30,010 nucleotides of DNA from positions 1-30,010 of the forward strand of contig BTVY01000062.1 of assembly GCA_045863335.1 (NCBI GenBank), in the 5' to 3' direction. Under the pieces are notes generated by a model. The model worked only from the letters and a program-made list of their open reading frames with translations, had not been told where the DNA came from and did no database searches. This document shows, piece after piece, positions 1 through 8,325 of this stretch. The DNA is from Candidatus Hydrogenedentota bacterium (GTDB lineage: Bacteria > Hydrogenedentota > Hydrogenedentia > Hydrogenedentales > SLHB01). The translations under genes and the position numbers were made by a program. Every line of letters begins with the position of its first letter. Position 1 is the stretch's first letter.

Positions 1-97
1 GAGGGGCGGAGGATTGTAGCCCAGGGTGGAGCGAGGCACGAGCGGAACCCTGGGTTATGGGGTTTCAAATTAATCAAGCCCTGGAAGGGCGGTAGAA
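1..97 (+). repeat. GTAG-REP repeat family A, copy 1 (cut by window edge), downstream of transposase
   Basis: Core GTAGCCCAGGGTGGAGCGAGGCACGAGCGGAACCCTGGG at 16-54 (GTAG then CCCAGGG...CCCTGGG stem), followed by a GCCCTGGAAGGGC hairpin at 78-90. The identical core recurs at 616-654 (-) and 904-942 (+). Confidence 0.9.
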
Positions 98-108
98 ATG
101 GTCACTGG

Positions 109-561
109 TTAATCCCAGATGTATCGTTCGTCGTATTCAATGTCGTGGGCAATCAGGAGGCGGAGGAACTCGGTTTTGAAGTCCTCCTTCCGATGGTGTT
201 CCTCCTGGGTTTCGATGTATGCCTTGACGCGGCTGATCTGTGACGCGCTCACGGTGAACGCACCGTATCCGCCTTGCCATGCGAAGTCCCGCAGTTCGGG
301 GAAGGTGTCGTGCACCCATTTGGAACTGCCGGCCTTCACTTCGCGCAACAGATCGGCGACGGCCACGGTCTGGTGAATCCGCGCGAGGATGTGAATATGG
401 TCCTCCGTGCCGCCGATCGACAACGCGACGCCGTTTTGGGTTCGGACGATGCCGCCGAGGTACGGGTAGAGGCGGTCGCGGATGTCGTTGGTCAACCACG
501 GGCGACGATCCTTGGTCGAGAAGACGAGATGGTAGAGCAGACACGTGAAGGATTGAGGCAT
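109..561 (-). CDS. tnpA: IS200/IS605-family Y1 HUH transposase (REP-associated tyrosine transposase-like), 150 aa
   Basis: MPQSFTCLLYHLVFSTKDRRP, HUH motif DHIH, FAWQGGYGAFTVS, catalytic Tyr helix AYIETQEEHH. Start placed at ATG 561; the track ORF extension to 927 runs through repeats. No tnpB adjacent. Confidence 0.9.
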   Translation of the reverse strand: MPQSFTCLLYHLVFSTKDRRPWLTNDIRDRLYPYLGGIVRTQNGVALSIGGTEDHIHILARIHQTVAVADLLREVKAGSSKWVHDTFPELRDFAWQGGYGAFTVSASQISRVKAYIETQEEHHRKEDFKTEFLRLLIAHDIEYDERYIWD

Positions 562-575
562 GGCGTTTCTCTCTC

Positions 576-676
576 TTCCGCCCCGTCCGGGGCTCGATGA
601 TTGGTGGGCGGCTGACCCAGGGTTCCGCTCGTGCCTCGCTCCACCCTGGGCTACAGTCCTCCGCCCCTCCGGGGCT
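576..676 (-). repeat. GTAG-REP repeat family A, copy 2 (inverted), upstream of transposase
   Basis: 616-654 is the exact reverse complement of the 39-bp core, with GCCCC-NNNN-GGGGC-type hairpins on both sides. Confidence 0.9.
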
Positions 677-882
677 AATACGGAGGAGTGTAAGCGGTCA
701 TATCTTGACAATGCAAATCCTTCCATTTCTCCGGGGTTACGTAGCATGAGGACATGCAGTGTTTGAGATGCAAGGTAGGAGTCGGTCCAGCGGTGTGAAA
801 TGAAAACACGCGGCAGCGGAGGGAGGGGCACCGCACCGGCGTTGCGACACCGGTTCAGTGCAAGAAATTTCGCGTGTTCATT

Positions 883-984
883 GCCCGGGAGGGGCAAAAG
901 ACTGTAGCCCAGGGTGGAGCGAGGCACGAGCGGAACCCTGGGTTGCGGGGGGGGGTCCCACGAAGCCCTGGAAGGGCGGCAGAA
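883..984 (+). repeat. GTAG-REP repeat family A, copy 3
   Basis: Core at 904-942 is identical to 16-54, followed by AGCCCTGGAAGGGCGG as in copy 1. Confidence 0.9.
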
Positions 985-994
985 TAGTCAATCC

Positions 995-1147
995 TCAATC
1001 CCAGATATATCGTTCGTCGTATTTGATGTCGTGGGCGTTCAGGAGGCGGAGGAATTCGATTTTGAAATCCTCCTTGCGATGGTGCTCTTCCTGGCTTTCG
1101 ATATACGTCTTGACGCGGTTGAGCTGCGACGCGCTCACGGAGAACGC
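995..1147 (-). pseudogene. 3' fragment (50 aa) of a second IS200/RAYT-like transposase
   Basis: AFSVSASQLNRVKTYIESQEEHHRKEDFKIEFLRLLNAHDIKYDERYIWD aligns without gaps to the C-terminus of 109..561. Similarity stops at about 1147 and the HUH motif is missing. Confidence 0.85.
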
Positions 1148-1152
1148 GTGAC

Positions 1153-1179
1153 TTCGTGGTATTCTTGTCGTTCGTGGTT
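1153..1179. repeat. Three imperfect 9-mer tandem repeats (TTCGTGGTA/TTCTTGTCG/TTCGTGGTT)
   Basis: Read directly; lies 5 bp from the truncation point of the transposase fragment. Confidence 0.55.
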
Positions 1180-1287
1180 GACATGGAGCTGACGCTGGCC
1201 ACTGCCTGACGAGGAATTCGGGGGACATGACATGGTTGGGGCAGACAACTCAAGCACCGTACACACGTTCACTCGGGCCAGAAGCAC

Positions 1288-1857
1288 ATGCGTATGAGGA
1301 ATCCACTGGCTGCCTTTCGCAAGTTCGATTTGTTCTGGATACTGGCATGCCCGTTGTATCTGGTGCTTGGCATTATCAGGCACGAGGGTAGCCATGTCCT
1401 GGCGGCCGTGGGCGAGGGCGCGACGATAACTGAATTCAATTTCATTCCATCGGTACGTCCTGACGGTGGCTTCGTCTGGGGGTATGTCTTAGTGGATGGC
1501 GACGTTTCCTGGCTTACCGGCGCCGCACCCTACTTCTGCGACTTGCTCACGTTTCTCGCGGTATTCCCACTCTGCCATTTCGTCGTATTCAAGAGACGAT
1601 GGGTATGGCTCAATCTCGTGATCCTGGGAATCCTCTCGCCTCTCGTCAACAGTCTCAACAACTACTTTATAGGCTATACGCGCGGGGGCGATGTGGGGTA
1701 CCTTCGTCAGGTGATAGGTTCAATTGCCGTAGATGCCTATTTCTCAGCAACGATCGGCGCTTACCTGATCGGGTTATTTGTGGTCTTGTGCTATTCAAAA
1801 TCCGCCACGCTGGGTTCGCCGAGCCAGACCCAGCAAAGGGACACTAAACAAATGTAG
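1288..1857 (+). CDS. Membrane protein with HExxH motif, putative M50-like zinc metallopeptidase
   Basis: Several hydrophobic helices; IIRHEGSH next to a transmembrane segment; downstream GAAPY and GGD motifs resemble small M50-like peptidases. Start could be 1294. Confidence 0.6.
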   Translation: MRMRNPLAAFRKFDLFWILACPLYLVLGIIRHEGSHVLAAVGEGATITEFNFIPSVRPDGGFVWGYVLVDGDVSWLTGAAPYFCDLLTFLAVFPLCHFVVFKRRWVWLNLVILGILSPLVNSLNNYFIGYTRGGDVGYLRQVIGSIAVDAYFSATIGAYLIGLFVVLCYSKSATLGSPSQTQQRDTKQM

Positions 1858-1872
1858 CGCATTCGCCAACGC

Positions 1873-2610
1873 TTACCCCCGCTGCTCCAATAACCACTCG
1901 ACAACTTCGTTCGGCTCTGCGATCCACACCTCATCCCCGCCGATCTTGCGGATGGTGGCGAAGCGTTGTTCGAGTTCCTGTGTGGTGCAATCCTTGGCGG
2001 GGTGGATAGGTTTGTCGGGCATGGGGCAGTGGCAGTAGTCGATGATCCAGCCTTCGAGATCGATGGCTTGATGGATGCGTTTGTAGGGGTCGTAGACGGA
2101 GAAAAAGGGCGCCGGGTACTCCGTGTGGAGCGGGACGCGGCCGAGGTGGAGCAGGTCGGTGTCGCGGGTGTTGACGCGGTCGTAGATGGTGAGGATGGAC
2201 GTGAACCCGGCGAGTTCGGCGTATTTCAGCGCGCCGGGATGGCCGTTGTTGTCGCCGGGCACGCAGAACATGTGGACCTCCATGTCGAGCGCTTCTTCAA
2301 TGACGCGCCGCGCCTGGACGACTTCGGTGTCCGCGTTGTTCAGCGTGACGCCGCAATGGGTCATGCTGTGGCACGACACGCCCCAGCCTTCCTTGACGAG
2401 ATCGTGGATCTGTTCCTTGGAGAGGATCATCATCTTGTCGTAACTGCTGCCGGGCAGGTTGCGCGGTACGCCGATCTGGCTCGACACCAGCGCGAGGTGG
2501 CCGGGGATGCCGTACTTGCGATGAATCGGCAACGCGTATTTCAGCAGGTCTTCACAGCCTTCGTCGTAAGTGATCGAGTACACCCATTTCTTGCCGTCTT
2601 TCCAAGGCAT
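1873..2610 (-). CDS. Polysaccharide deacetylase (NodB/CE4-like) family protein
   Basis: SITYDEG (TFDDG-like motif 1) and CHSMTH (H-S-x-x-H motif 2); GAGGAG RBS upstream. Confidence 0.8.
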   Translation of the reverse strand: MPWKDGKKWVYSITYDEGCEDLLKYALPIHRKYGIPGHLALVSSQIGVPRNLPGSSYDKMMILSKEQIHDLVKEGWGVSCHSMTHCGVTLNNADTEVVQARRVIEEALDMEVHMFCVPGDNNGHPGALKYAELAGFTSILTIYDRVNTRDTDLLHLGRVPLHTEYPAPFFSVYDPYKRIHQAIDLEGWIIDYCHCPMPDKPIHPAKDCTTQELEQRFATIRKIGGDEVWIAEPNEVVEWLLEQRG

Positions 2611-2664
2611 GGTCAGTTGGTCTCCTCAACGCTGCGGTGAAGTTTGGGGTTTCGCCGAAGACGG

Positions 2665-2825
2665 AAGAACATCCCCCTTGATCCCCCTTCAAAGGGGGAA
2701 TTTGCGCACACCGTTGGTGTGCGAAGTGGGTGATGAGACGAACCGCGACTCAGCAGCGAAGTCTCAATCAGCTCACAAACTGTATTCCACCCATTCCCCC
2801 TTTGAAGGGGGATCAAGGGGGATGT
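2665..2825. repeat. REPIN/MITE-like element family B, copy 1
   Basis: Left arm AAGAACATCCCCCTTGATCCCCCTTCAAAGGGGGAAT (2665-2701); inverted arm at 2793-2825. Confidence 0.9.
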
Positions 2826-2838
2826 ATCTTGCTTCCAT

Positions 2839-3699
2839 TCAATCATCTTCCACGTCGCGTTCGATGTCGCGGGGTTGGGTCAGGTCGCCGTAGAGGTCGG
2901 GGCGGCGGATGACGTCGAACATGAAGCGCATGTTGCCTTCGTACCCTTCGCCCCAGAATTCCATGCGCCATTTCGGGTCGAACTCCGCAATCGCGATACC
3001 CGCGCGGTGCGCCGTGGAACAGATGATGCGCCCGTCCGGCGCGATGACTTTCGCGTAGCCCATGTTCTTCCCCGCGAGGAAGGGCCGCGTTATGTAACGC
3101 GACACGGCAAGATACATCTGACTGTCAATGGCGCGCGCTTTCTCGATGGACTCGAGCATGTCCCCAGTGTAGTCGAGGTACATGGTCGGCACGCAGACGA
3201 GGTCCGCGCCCTTCAATCCGTAGATGCGGAACATCTCCGGGAAATGAATGTCCATGCACGTGGCGATGCCGAGCGCCACGCCTTCAAACTCGAATACGGG
3301 AAAGGGCTCGCCGGGGATCACGGGCTCCGTCAGGATCATCTCCTCGCTCGGCGCGGGATGTTTCTTGCGGTACAGGCCGACGACTTTGCCCTTCCGGTCC
3401 AGCAGAAAGGCCGTGTTGGCATGCCGGTCTTCGACCTTCACCGAGAGCGTGGCGATCACGCCGACCTTCGACTTGGCGGCCTGATCGCGGAACCGGACGA
3501 ACGCGGGGTGATCCTCCAGGGGATATACGCCGTAGGTGCCGCCCGCGATGATGTCCGGCTCTTCCGGCAACAGCACGAGATCGGCGCCGCGCTTTCCCGC
3601 TTCCGCGATGGCTTTCACGCAGCGATCGATGACTTCGGACCGGTCCTCCACGTCGGGGTTGTCAATGGACGTCACCGCCAGCCGGAAGAGCTTCGCCAT
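2839..3699 (-). CDS. Carbon-nitrogen hydrolase (nitrilase superfamily), 286 aa
   Basis: E-K-C triad motifs LLPEE, YRKKHP and ATCMDIHFPE; start MAKLFRLAV at 3699 with a purine-rich RBS. Confidence 0.88.
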   Translation of the reverse strand: MAKLFRLAVTSIDNPDVEDRSEVIDRCVKAIAEAGKRGADLVLLPEEPDIIAGGTYGVYPLEDHPAFVRFRDQAAKSKVGVIATLSVKVEDRHANTAFLLDRKGKVVGLYRKKHPAPSEEMILTEPVIPGEPFPVFEFEGVALGIATCMDIHFPEMFRIYGLKGADLVCVPTMYLDYTGDMLESIEKARAIDSQMYLAVSRYITRPFLAGKNMGYAKVIAPDGRIICSTAHRAGIAIAEFDPKWRMEFWGEGYEGNMRFMFDVIRRPDLYGDLTQPRDIERDVEDD

Positions 3700-3716
3700 T
3701 CCGTTCCTTTCCGTCC

Positions 3717-4700
3717 TCAGATCTGACTGTGGTAGATGCGATCCACCAGTTCCATCGTCTTGACCGTGTCGGCCAGATTGCTCACGGGTTTCTTGCCGGA
3801 CTTTACGCAATCGATGAAGTGCCGATTCTCCGCGAAGAATCCCCAGCGGTGCCAGTCCGCGTCGTTGCCCGCGCACTCGGCCGGGTCGAACACCTTGCCT
3901 TCGAGATTCCCGTCTTTGTAAATCACGCCGCAGTCATCCGGGTCCGCGTACGCCGAAATGCCTTGCGCATGCAGTTCCAGTTTGAAGAACCGGCGGCCGG
4001 TGGCCCAGTTCGTTTGCAGCACGCCCGTCGCGCCCGTTGAAAACGTGATTAGCGCATAGAACGCGTTATTATCCTCCGCGCCCAAGTTCCGCACGTCGCT
4101 TGCGACACTCACCACGTCGCCGCCGCAGTAGTGCCGCAACGTGTCGACTGCGTGCACCGCATCGCAGGACAGAATATCGATGGCGCCATTGTAATACGAA
4201 GCGGCCGGGTAACTGCATTTCACGAAGGTAACCACGACGGTATGGATCGGGCCGCGTTTCTCCACCTTCTTTTGCAGCGTCTTGAAGAGCGGGATGTAAC
4301 GCCGCTGAAACCCGCACATGGCGACCACTTTATTTCGGTTTGCGCACTCCGCCATGCGGCGGTTTTGAAACGTGTTGAGGCCGGGCGGCTTCTCGATGAA
4401 GATGTGGTGGCCGCGTTCCATCACGTCCATGGCCACGTCGAACACATGATGCGGCGGCATGAGCGCGTAGACCGCGTCCGGTCTCTCCGTCTCCAGCATA
4501 TGGCGGTAGTCCGAGTAGGTATTGCGAATGCCGAAGCGTTCCGCGGTAGCATGCGCTTTCTCCGGCACGAGGTCGCAGATGGCCGCGAGGTCTACATCGT
4601 CCATTTCGCTCAGGGAAGGATAGTGGTACCCGTTCGCCATGCCGCCCGCGCCAATCAGCGCCACGCGAACCCGCTTCGATTTCTTCTTGGACGCACCCAT
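3717..4700 (-). CDS. Gfo/Idh/MocA family NAD(P)-dependent oxidoreductase, 327 aa
   Basis: VALIGAGGMA Rossmann motif, HIFIEKP, GFQRRY, D-x-x-H-x-x-D (CDAVHAVD); start ATG 4700 with GGAG RBS. Confidence 0.9.
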   Translation of the reverse strand: MGASKKKSKRVRVALIGAGGMANGYHYPSLSEMDDVDLAAICDLVPEKAHATAERFGIRNTYSDYRHMLETERPDAVYALMPPHHVFDVAMDVMERGHHIFIEKPPGLNTFQNRRMAECANRNKVVAMCGFQRRYIPLFKTLQKKVEKRGPIHTVVVTFVKCSYPAASYYNGAIDILSCDAVHAVDTLRHYCGGDVVSVASDVRNLGAEDNNAFYALITFSTGATGVLQTNWATGRRFFKLELHAQGISAYADPDDCGVIYKDGNLEGKVFDPAECAGNDADWHRWGFFAENRHFIDCVKSGKKPVSNLADTVKTMELVDRIYHSQI

Positions 4701-4854
4701 CGCATGTACTCCAGGACCTGACGCTCCACGGTATCCCAGTCGCCCATGGCCGGGCAAATGCATTGCCCGCGCCGCGTTGGACTCGGCTCGAAACCACCGG
4801 CCATGCCGTTTCACCGTCAACAGCGCGGTTCGACTCGCAATTCGAGTTTGCAGA

Positions 4855-5018
4855 AAGAACATCCCCCTTGATCCCCCTTCGAAGGGGGAATTTCGCAACA
4901 CTTCGTGTTGCGCACGTTGAGAGCTACGCCTCAGTCTTGACGCACCGGTTAAGGAAATTGCAATCTACTTCATTCGGCACAATTCCCCCTTTGAAGGGGG
5001 ACTAAGGGGGATGTTCTT
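4855..5018. repeat. REPIN/MITE-like element family B, copy 2
   Basis: Arms at 4855-4893 and 4981-5018 (inverted), in the divergent intergenic gap. Confidence 0.9.
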
Positions 5019-5125
5019 ATACGTTTCGGTCCGCGTTTTTCCGTCCTCAAACCGAAAGTCCCTCTTGGTGGCCGGTGACTTTTCAGGTAGCGGAACGGCG
5101 GTCGAATTGCGTAGACTCGCACGTG

Positions 5126-6103
5126 ATGAATACGTTCTTGCAAACAAGATTGCTTCCCGCGTATGGCCTGGCGCCGATTACGTCACTGGCGATTGTCAGC
5201 GGAACCCGGAACGACAACTACCGTCTCGAAACGGAGACGGCCACCTGGTTTCTGCGCCGCCGTTTTGAGGGGTATTCCGCTCCGGAGCGCATCGCCTTCG
5301 ATCACGCGGCGATCCGGCATCTTGCCGAGCATTCCGCGTCGGTGGTGCTGCCCCATGAGACGACCGATGGCGCAACGTGGATCGCGGACGGTCCGCGCGC
5401 CTGGGAGGTGTTCCCGTTTCAGGGCGGCACCCATCCGGCGGAGGGCAATACGGCACACGCCGCAGCGGTCGGAGACGCTCTCGGCAAGTTTCACGCGGCC
5501 GGTTTGGATTTCGCGCCGCGCTACGACAAGTTGGGTCCGCGCGGGGAGACCGATCCCCTGCAGATGCTCGACCTCGCGGCGCGCATCGACCGCGAATCAC
5601 CGGGTTGCACGCCCGTGCTGCGGTCGTACCGGCGCTGGGTCGTGGAAGCAGCGGAAGACCTGCCCCTGCGCCGCTACGAGTCCTTGCCGCACACGCTCGT
5701 GCACGGCGACATTCAGCCCGCGAACATTCTCATGCGCGACGGCGCGGTGGCGGCCTTCGTTGACATGGACTGGTGCGCGTGGCGTCCACGCATTTACGAC
5801 CTCGCCTTCGCATTCTTGTTTTGTTGTTCCACGCACGAGTCGTCCATCGACGGCGGCGACATCTGGTCTCTGACCCAGCCGCTCGCCTTGCAGGAGACGC
5901 TCGTGCGCGCGCTGCTGCAATCCTACGAGCGGCGGGTGGAACCGTTAAGCAACACCGAGCGCGACGCGGCGGTCAGCCAGTCCATCCTGGGCTGGTGCCA
6001 TTGCCGTCTCGCGGGTGCGTTGAAAGTGCCGCCGGACCAGCGCCGGGAGTTCCTGGTCCGTCCGCCGGACGATCCAAGCGCGCTGGTGCCGAGCTTCGAC
6101 TGA
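5126..6103 (+). CDS. APH/homoserine-kinase-type II-like phosphotransferase
   Basis: Brenner motif VHGDIQPANIL and FVDMD; start ATG 5126 is tentative. Confidence 0.82.
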   Translation: MNTFLQTRLLPAYGLAPITSLAIVSGTRNDNYRLETETATWFLRRRFEGYSAPERIAFDHAAIRHLAEHSASVVLPHETTDGATWIADGPRAWEVFPFQGGTHPAEGNTAHAAAVGDALGKFHAAGLDFAPRYDKLGPRGETDPLQMLDLAARIDRESPGCTPVLRSYRRWVVEAAEDLPLRRYESLPHTLVHGDIQPANILMRDGAVAAFVDMDWCAWRPRIYDLAFAFLFCCSTHESSIDGGDIWSLTQPLALQETLVRALLQSYERRVEPLSNTERDAAVSQSILGWCHCRLAGALKVPPDQRREFLVRPPDDPSALVPSFD

Positions 6104-6138
6104 ACGGCTCGCCGCCGCAGCCAACAGGGGAGAGGGGA

Positions 6139-7125
6139 TTGGTCTACCCGCTCTGGTATCTCGTAGCACTCGTCGCCTTTTGGGCTATCGTGCCCGGCGC
6201 GGTGCTGGTTGCGACCGATCTGGCGCGGCAGCGGCGGAAGCGCGTGGCCATGCGCCACCAGCAATGGTTCTGGGCTTACGTGTTCCTCGCGGCCGCGCTC
6301 GCCTGGTCGACCCTGTTCCTGTTCTATCCTCTCGCGAAGGCCGCCTCCCAAAGCTTCACCGACTTTAGTCTGACCAGCGCATCGGCCACGCACTGGGTAG
6401 GGCTCGCGAACTACCAGCGCATCCTCACCGATCCGTTCTGGTGGCGCACGCTATGGGTAACACTGATTTTCGTCGCCGCGACCTTGCCAGTGAGCATTCT
6501 CATCAGCATGTTTCTCGCGATCCAGATTCTGAAACAGCCGCGTCACTTGCAGACCTTCTTCAAGGCCGCGCTGTACCTGCCCGGCGTGATCAGTCCCGTC
6601 GTGAGCGCGGCCATCATGAAATGGATTTTTCACAGCGGGGACGGATTCGCGAACGCCGCGCTGAATACCGCCGGGATGCCGTCGCAAAACTGGTTCGGCG
6701 ATCCCGCGCTGGCCATGCCCGTGCTCATCGTCATGACGTGGCTCACCGCGAACGGCATCGGCGTCATTGTGTATGCGGCGGCCATCGGCAACATCCCCAA
6801 GACCTTCTACGAAGTGGCGCTCATCGACGGCGCCTCGTCGTGGCGGACGTTTACGGCGGTCACGTGGCCCCTGGTGAAACCCACGACGGTCTTCGTCACG
6901 GTGACCGGACTCATCATGGGATTCCAGGTCTTCGCGCCGGCATTGCTCATCACCGGCGGCGGTCCGCTGCAATCGACCTATTTCGTGAACTACCACGTGT
7001 ACCGCACGTTCTACTATCAAAACGAATTCGGCGTCGCGTCCGCCATGGCGATTCTGTTGATGCTCGTCATCGTGACCGTGTCCATCGTCAACTACCGATG
7101 GCTCGCAACCGACGTGGAGTACTGA
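6139..7125 (+). CDS. Carbohydrate ABC transporter permease (CUT1, MalF-like)
   Basis: WVGLANY, EAA-loop YEVALIDGASSWRTF, FGVASAMA; TTG start at 6139 behind GGAGAGG. Confidence 0.88.
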   Translation: MVYPLWYLVALVAFWAIVPGAVLVATDLARQRRKRVAMRHQQWFWAYVFLAAALAWSTLFLFYPLAKAASQSFTDFSLTSASATHWVGLANYQRILTDPFWWRTLWVTLIFVAATLPVSILISMFLAIQILKQPRHLQTFFKAALYLPGVISPVVSAAIMKWIFHSGDGFANAALNTAGMPSQNWFGDPALAMPVLIVMTWLTANGIGVIVYAAAIGNIPKTFYEVALIDGASSWRTFTAVTWPLVKPTTVFVTVTGLIMGFQVFAPALLITGGGPLQSTYFVNYHVYRTFYYQNEFGVASAMAILLMLVIVTVSIVNYRWLATDVEY

Positions 7126-7180
7126 CGCATGGCCGCGTGGATTCTCTTGAATGACGACGCAGTCTATCGCGATTTGCGTT

Positions 7181-7337
7181 ACATCCCCCTTGATCCCCCT
7201 TCAAAGGGGGAATCTCGCAACGCTTCGCGTTGCGCGTGCTTAGCACTACGACTCAGTGTTTGCACAAGCCGAACAACTCTCCAGCGATCGGATTCGGCAC
7301 ATTCCCCCTTCGAAGGGGGATCAAGGGGGATGTTCTT
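7181..7337. repeat. REPIN/MITE-like element family B, copy 3
   Basis: Arms at 7181-7213 and 7301-7337, between the two permease genes. Confidence 0.9.
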
Positions 7338-7371
7338 CGGCCTTGCGTTAAGCGTGGGGGCGGGCTGAGCC

Positions 7372-8238
7372 ATGGCGACGTACAAGGGTGACCGCGTATC
7401 CACGGCCGGGCGAGGCGCGGCGCTTGCCATTCTGCTCTTCTATACCGCGTTGTCGCTGGCGTCGTTGTACCTCATGCTGTCCAGCAGTCTCACGCACCTC
7501 GGCGCGAAGTTCGACCTCGCCGATCTCGACTGGGTTCCGCGCGACTGGGCCTGGGAGAATTTCTCCGGCTTCTTCGCGCTCACTCACGACGCCGCGTGGA
7601 CGTGGCTTTGGAACAGCCTTCTCATCGCGCTCGTGCCGACCTGCATCAACCTTGTGTTCAGCGCCATGGCGGGCTACGCGCTCGCGAAGATCGATTTCCC
7701 CGGTCGCTTGCTGATCTTCTGGCTCATCATCGCGGTCATGGCCGTGCCCGCCTTCGTCACGCTCATCCCGCTGTATCAGATGATGTTTGCCTTCGGCTGG
7801 TTCGACACGTTTTTCGCGCTCTTGGTGCCACGCATGGCCGGGCTGGGCAGCGTGTTCCTGTTCAAACAGTTCATGACGACCCTGCCGAAGGAGCTGATGC
7901 AAGCGGCCCGCGTGGACGGCGCTTCGGAATGGACCATTTTCTGGCGCATCGTTATGCCCATGGCGCGGCCCGTGCTCGCGGTCATGTTCCTCCTCGATTT
8001 CGTCGCCGCTTGGAACGACTACTTCTGGCCCTACCTCGTCACGAACTCGAAAGAGATGATGACCGTGCAGGTGGGACTGATATCGCTCATCGGCGTGGAC
8101 CAGGGATTCGTCTGGCAGATCGACTACGGCGTCATCATGGCGGGAGCGGTGCTGGCCAGCGTGCCGATCATCATCCTCTTCCTCGCCCTGCAGCGCTTCT
8201 TCATCCAGGGCCTCACCATCGGCGCGGTGAAGGGATAA
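7372..8238 (+). CDS. Carbohydrate ABC transporter permease (CUT1, MalG-like)
   Basis: AGYALAK, ELMQAARVDGASEWTIF, WNDYFWP, LQRFFIQGLTIGAVKG. Confidence 0.93.
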   Translation: MATYKGDRVSTAGRGAALAILLFYTALSLASLYLMLSSSLTHLGAKFDLADLDWVPRDWAWENFSGFFALTHDAAWTWLWNSLLIALVPTCINLVFSAMAGYALAKIDFPGRLLIFWLIIAVMAVPAFVTLIPLYQMMFAFGWFDTFFALLVPRMAGLGSVFLFKQFMTTLPKELMQAARVDGASEWTIFWRIVMPMARPVLAVMFLLDFVAAWNDYFWPYLVTNSKEMMTVQVGLISLIGVDQGFVWQIDYGVIMAGAVLASVPIIILFLALQRFFIQGLTIGAVKG

Positions 8239-8240
8239 TG

Positions 8241-8297
8241 GCCACAAAAGAACGCAAAAAGTGCTCCTTTTTGGTGTTCTTTGCGTTCTTTCGCGGC
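8241..8297. repeat. Imperfect inverted repeat built of 9-mer-like units (AAAGAACGC)
   Basis: GCCACAAAAGAACGCAAAAAG pairs with CTTTGCGTTCTTTCGCGGC; intergenic. Confidence 0.65.
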
Positions 8298-8325
8298 AAA
8301 AAGATGAAGAGGGTATGATGCATCC

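Noticed and set aside
562-927. 122-aa N-terminal extension of the transposase as a real fusion
   Set aside because: It starts inside REP copy 3 without an RBS and crosses REP copy 2; the family-typical start is MPQS at 561. Kept only as a low-interest finding.
2613-2912. Short ORFs containing SPFEGGSRGM or TSPLIPLQRG (also near 4763-5147, 7129-7430, 17688-18403)
   Set aside because: Translations of family B repeat arms; also the reason the track ORF 3717..4901 was trimmed to start at 4700.
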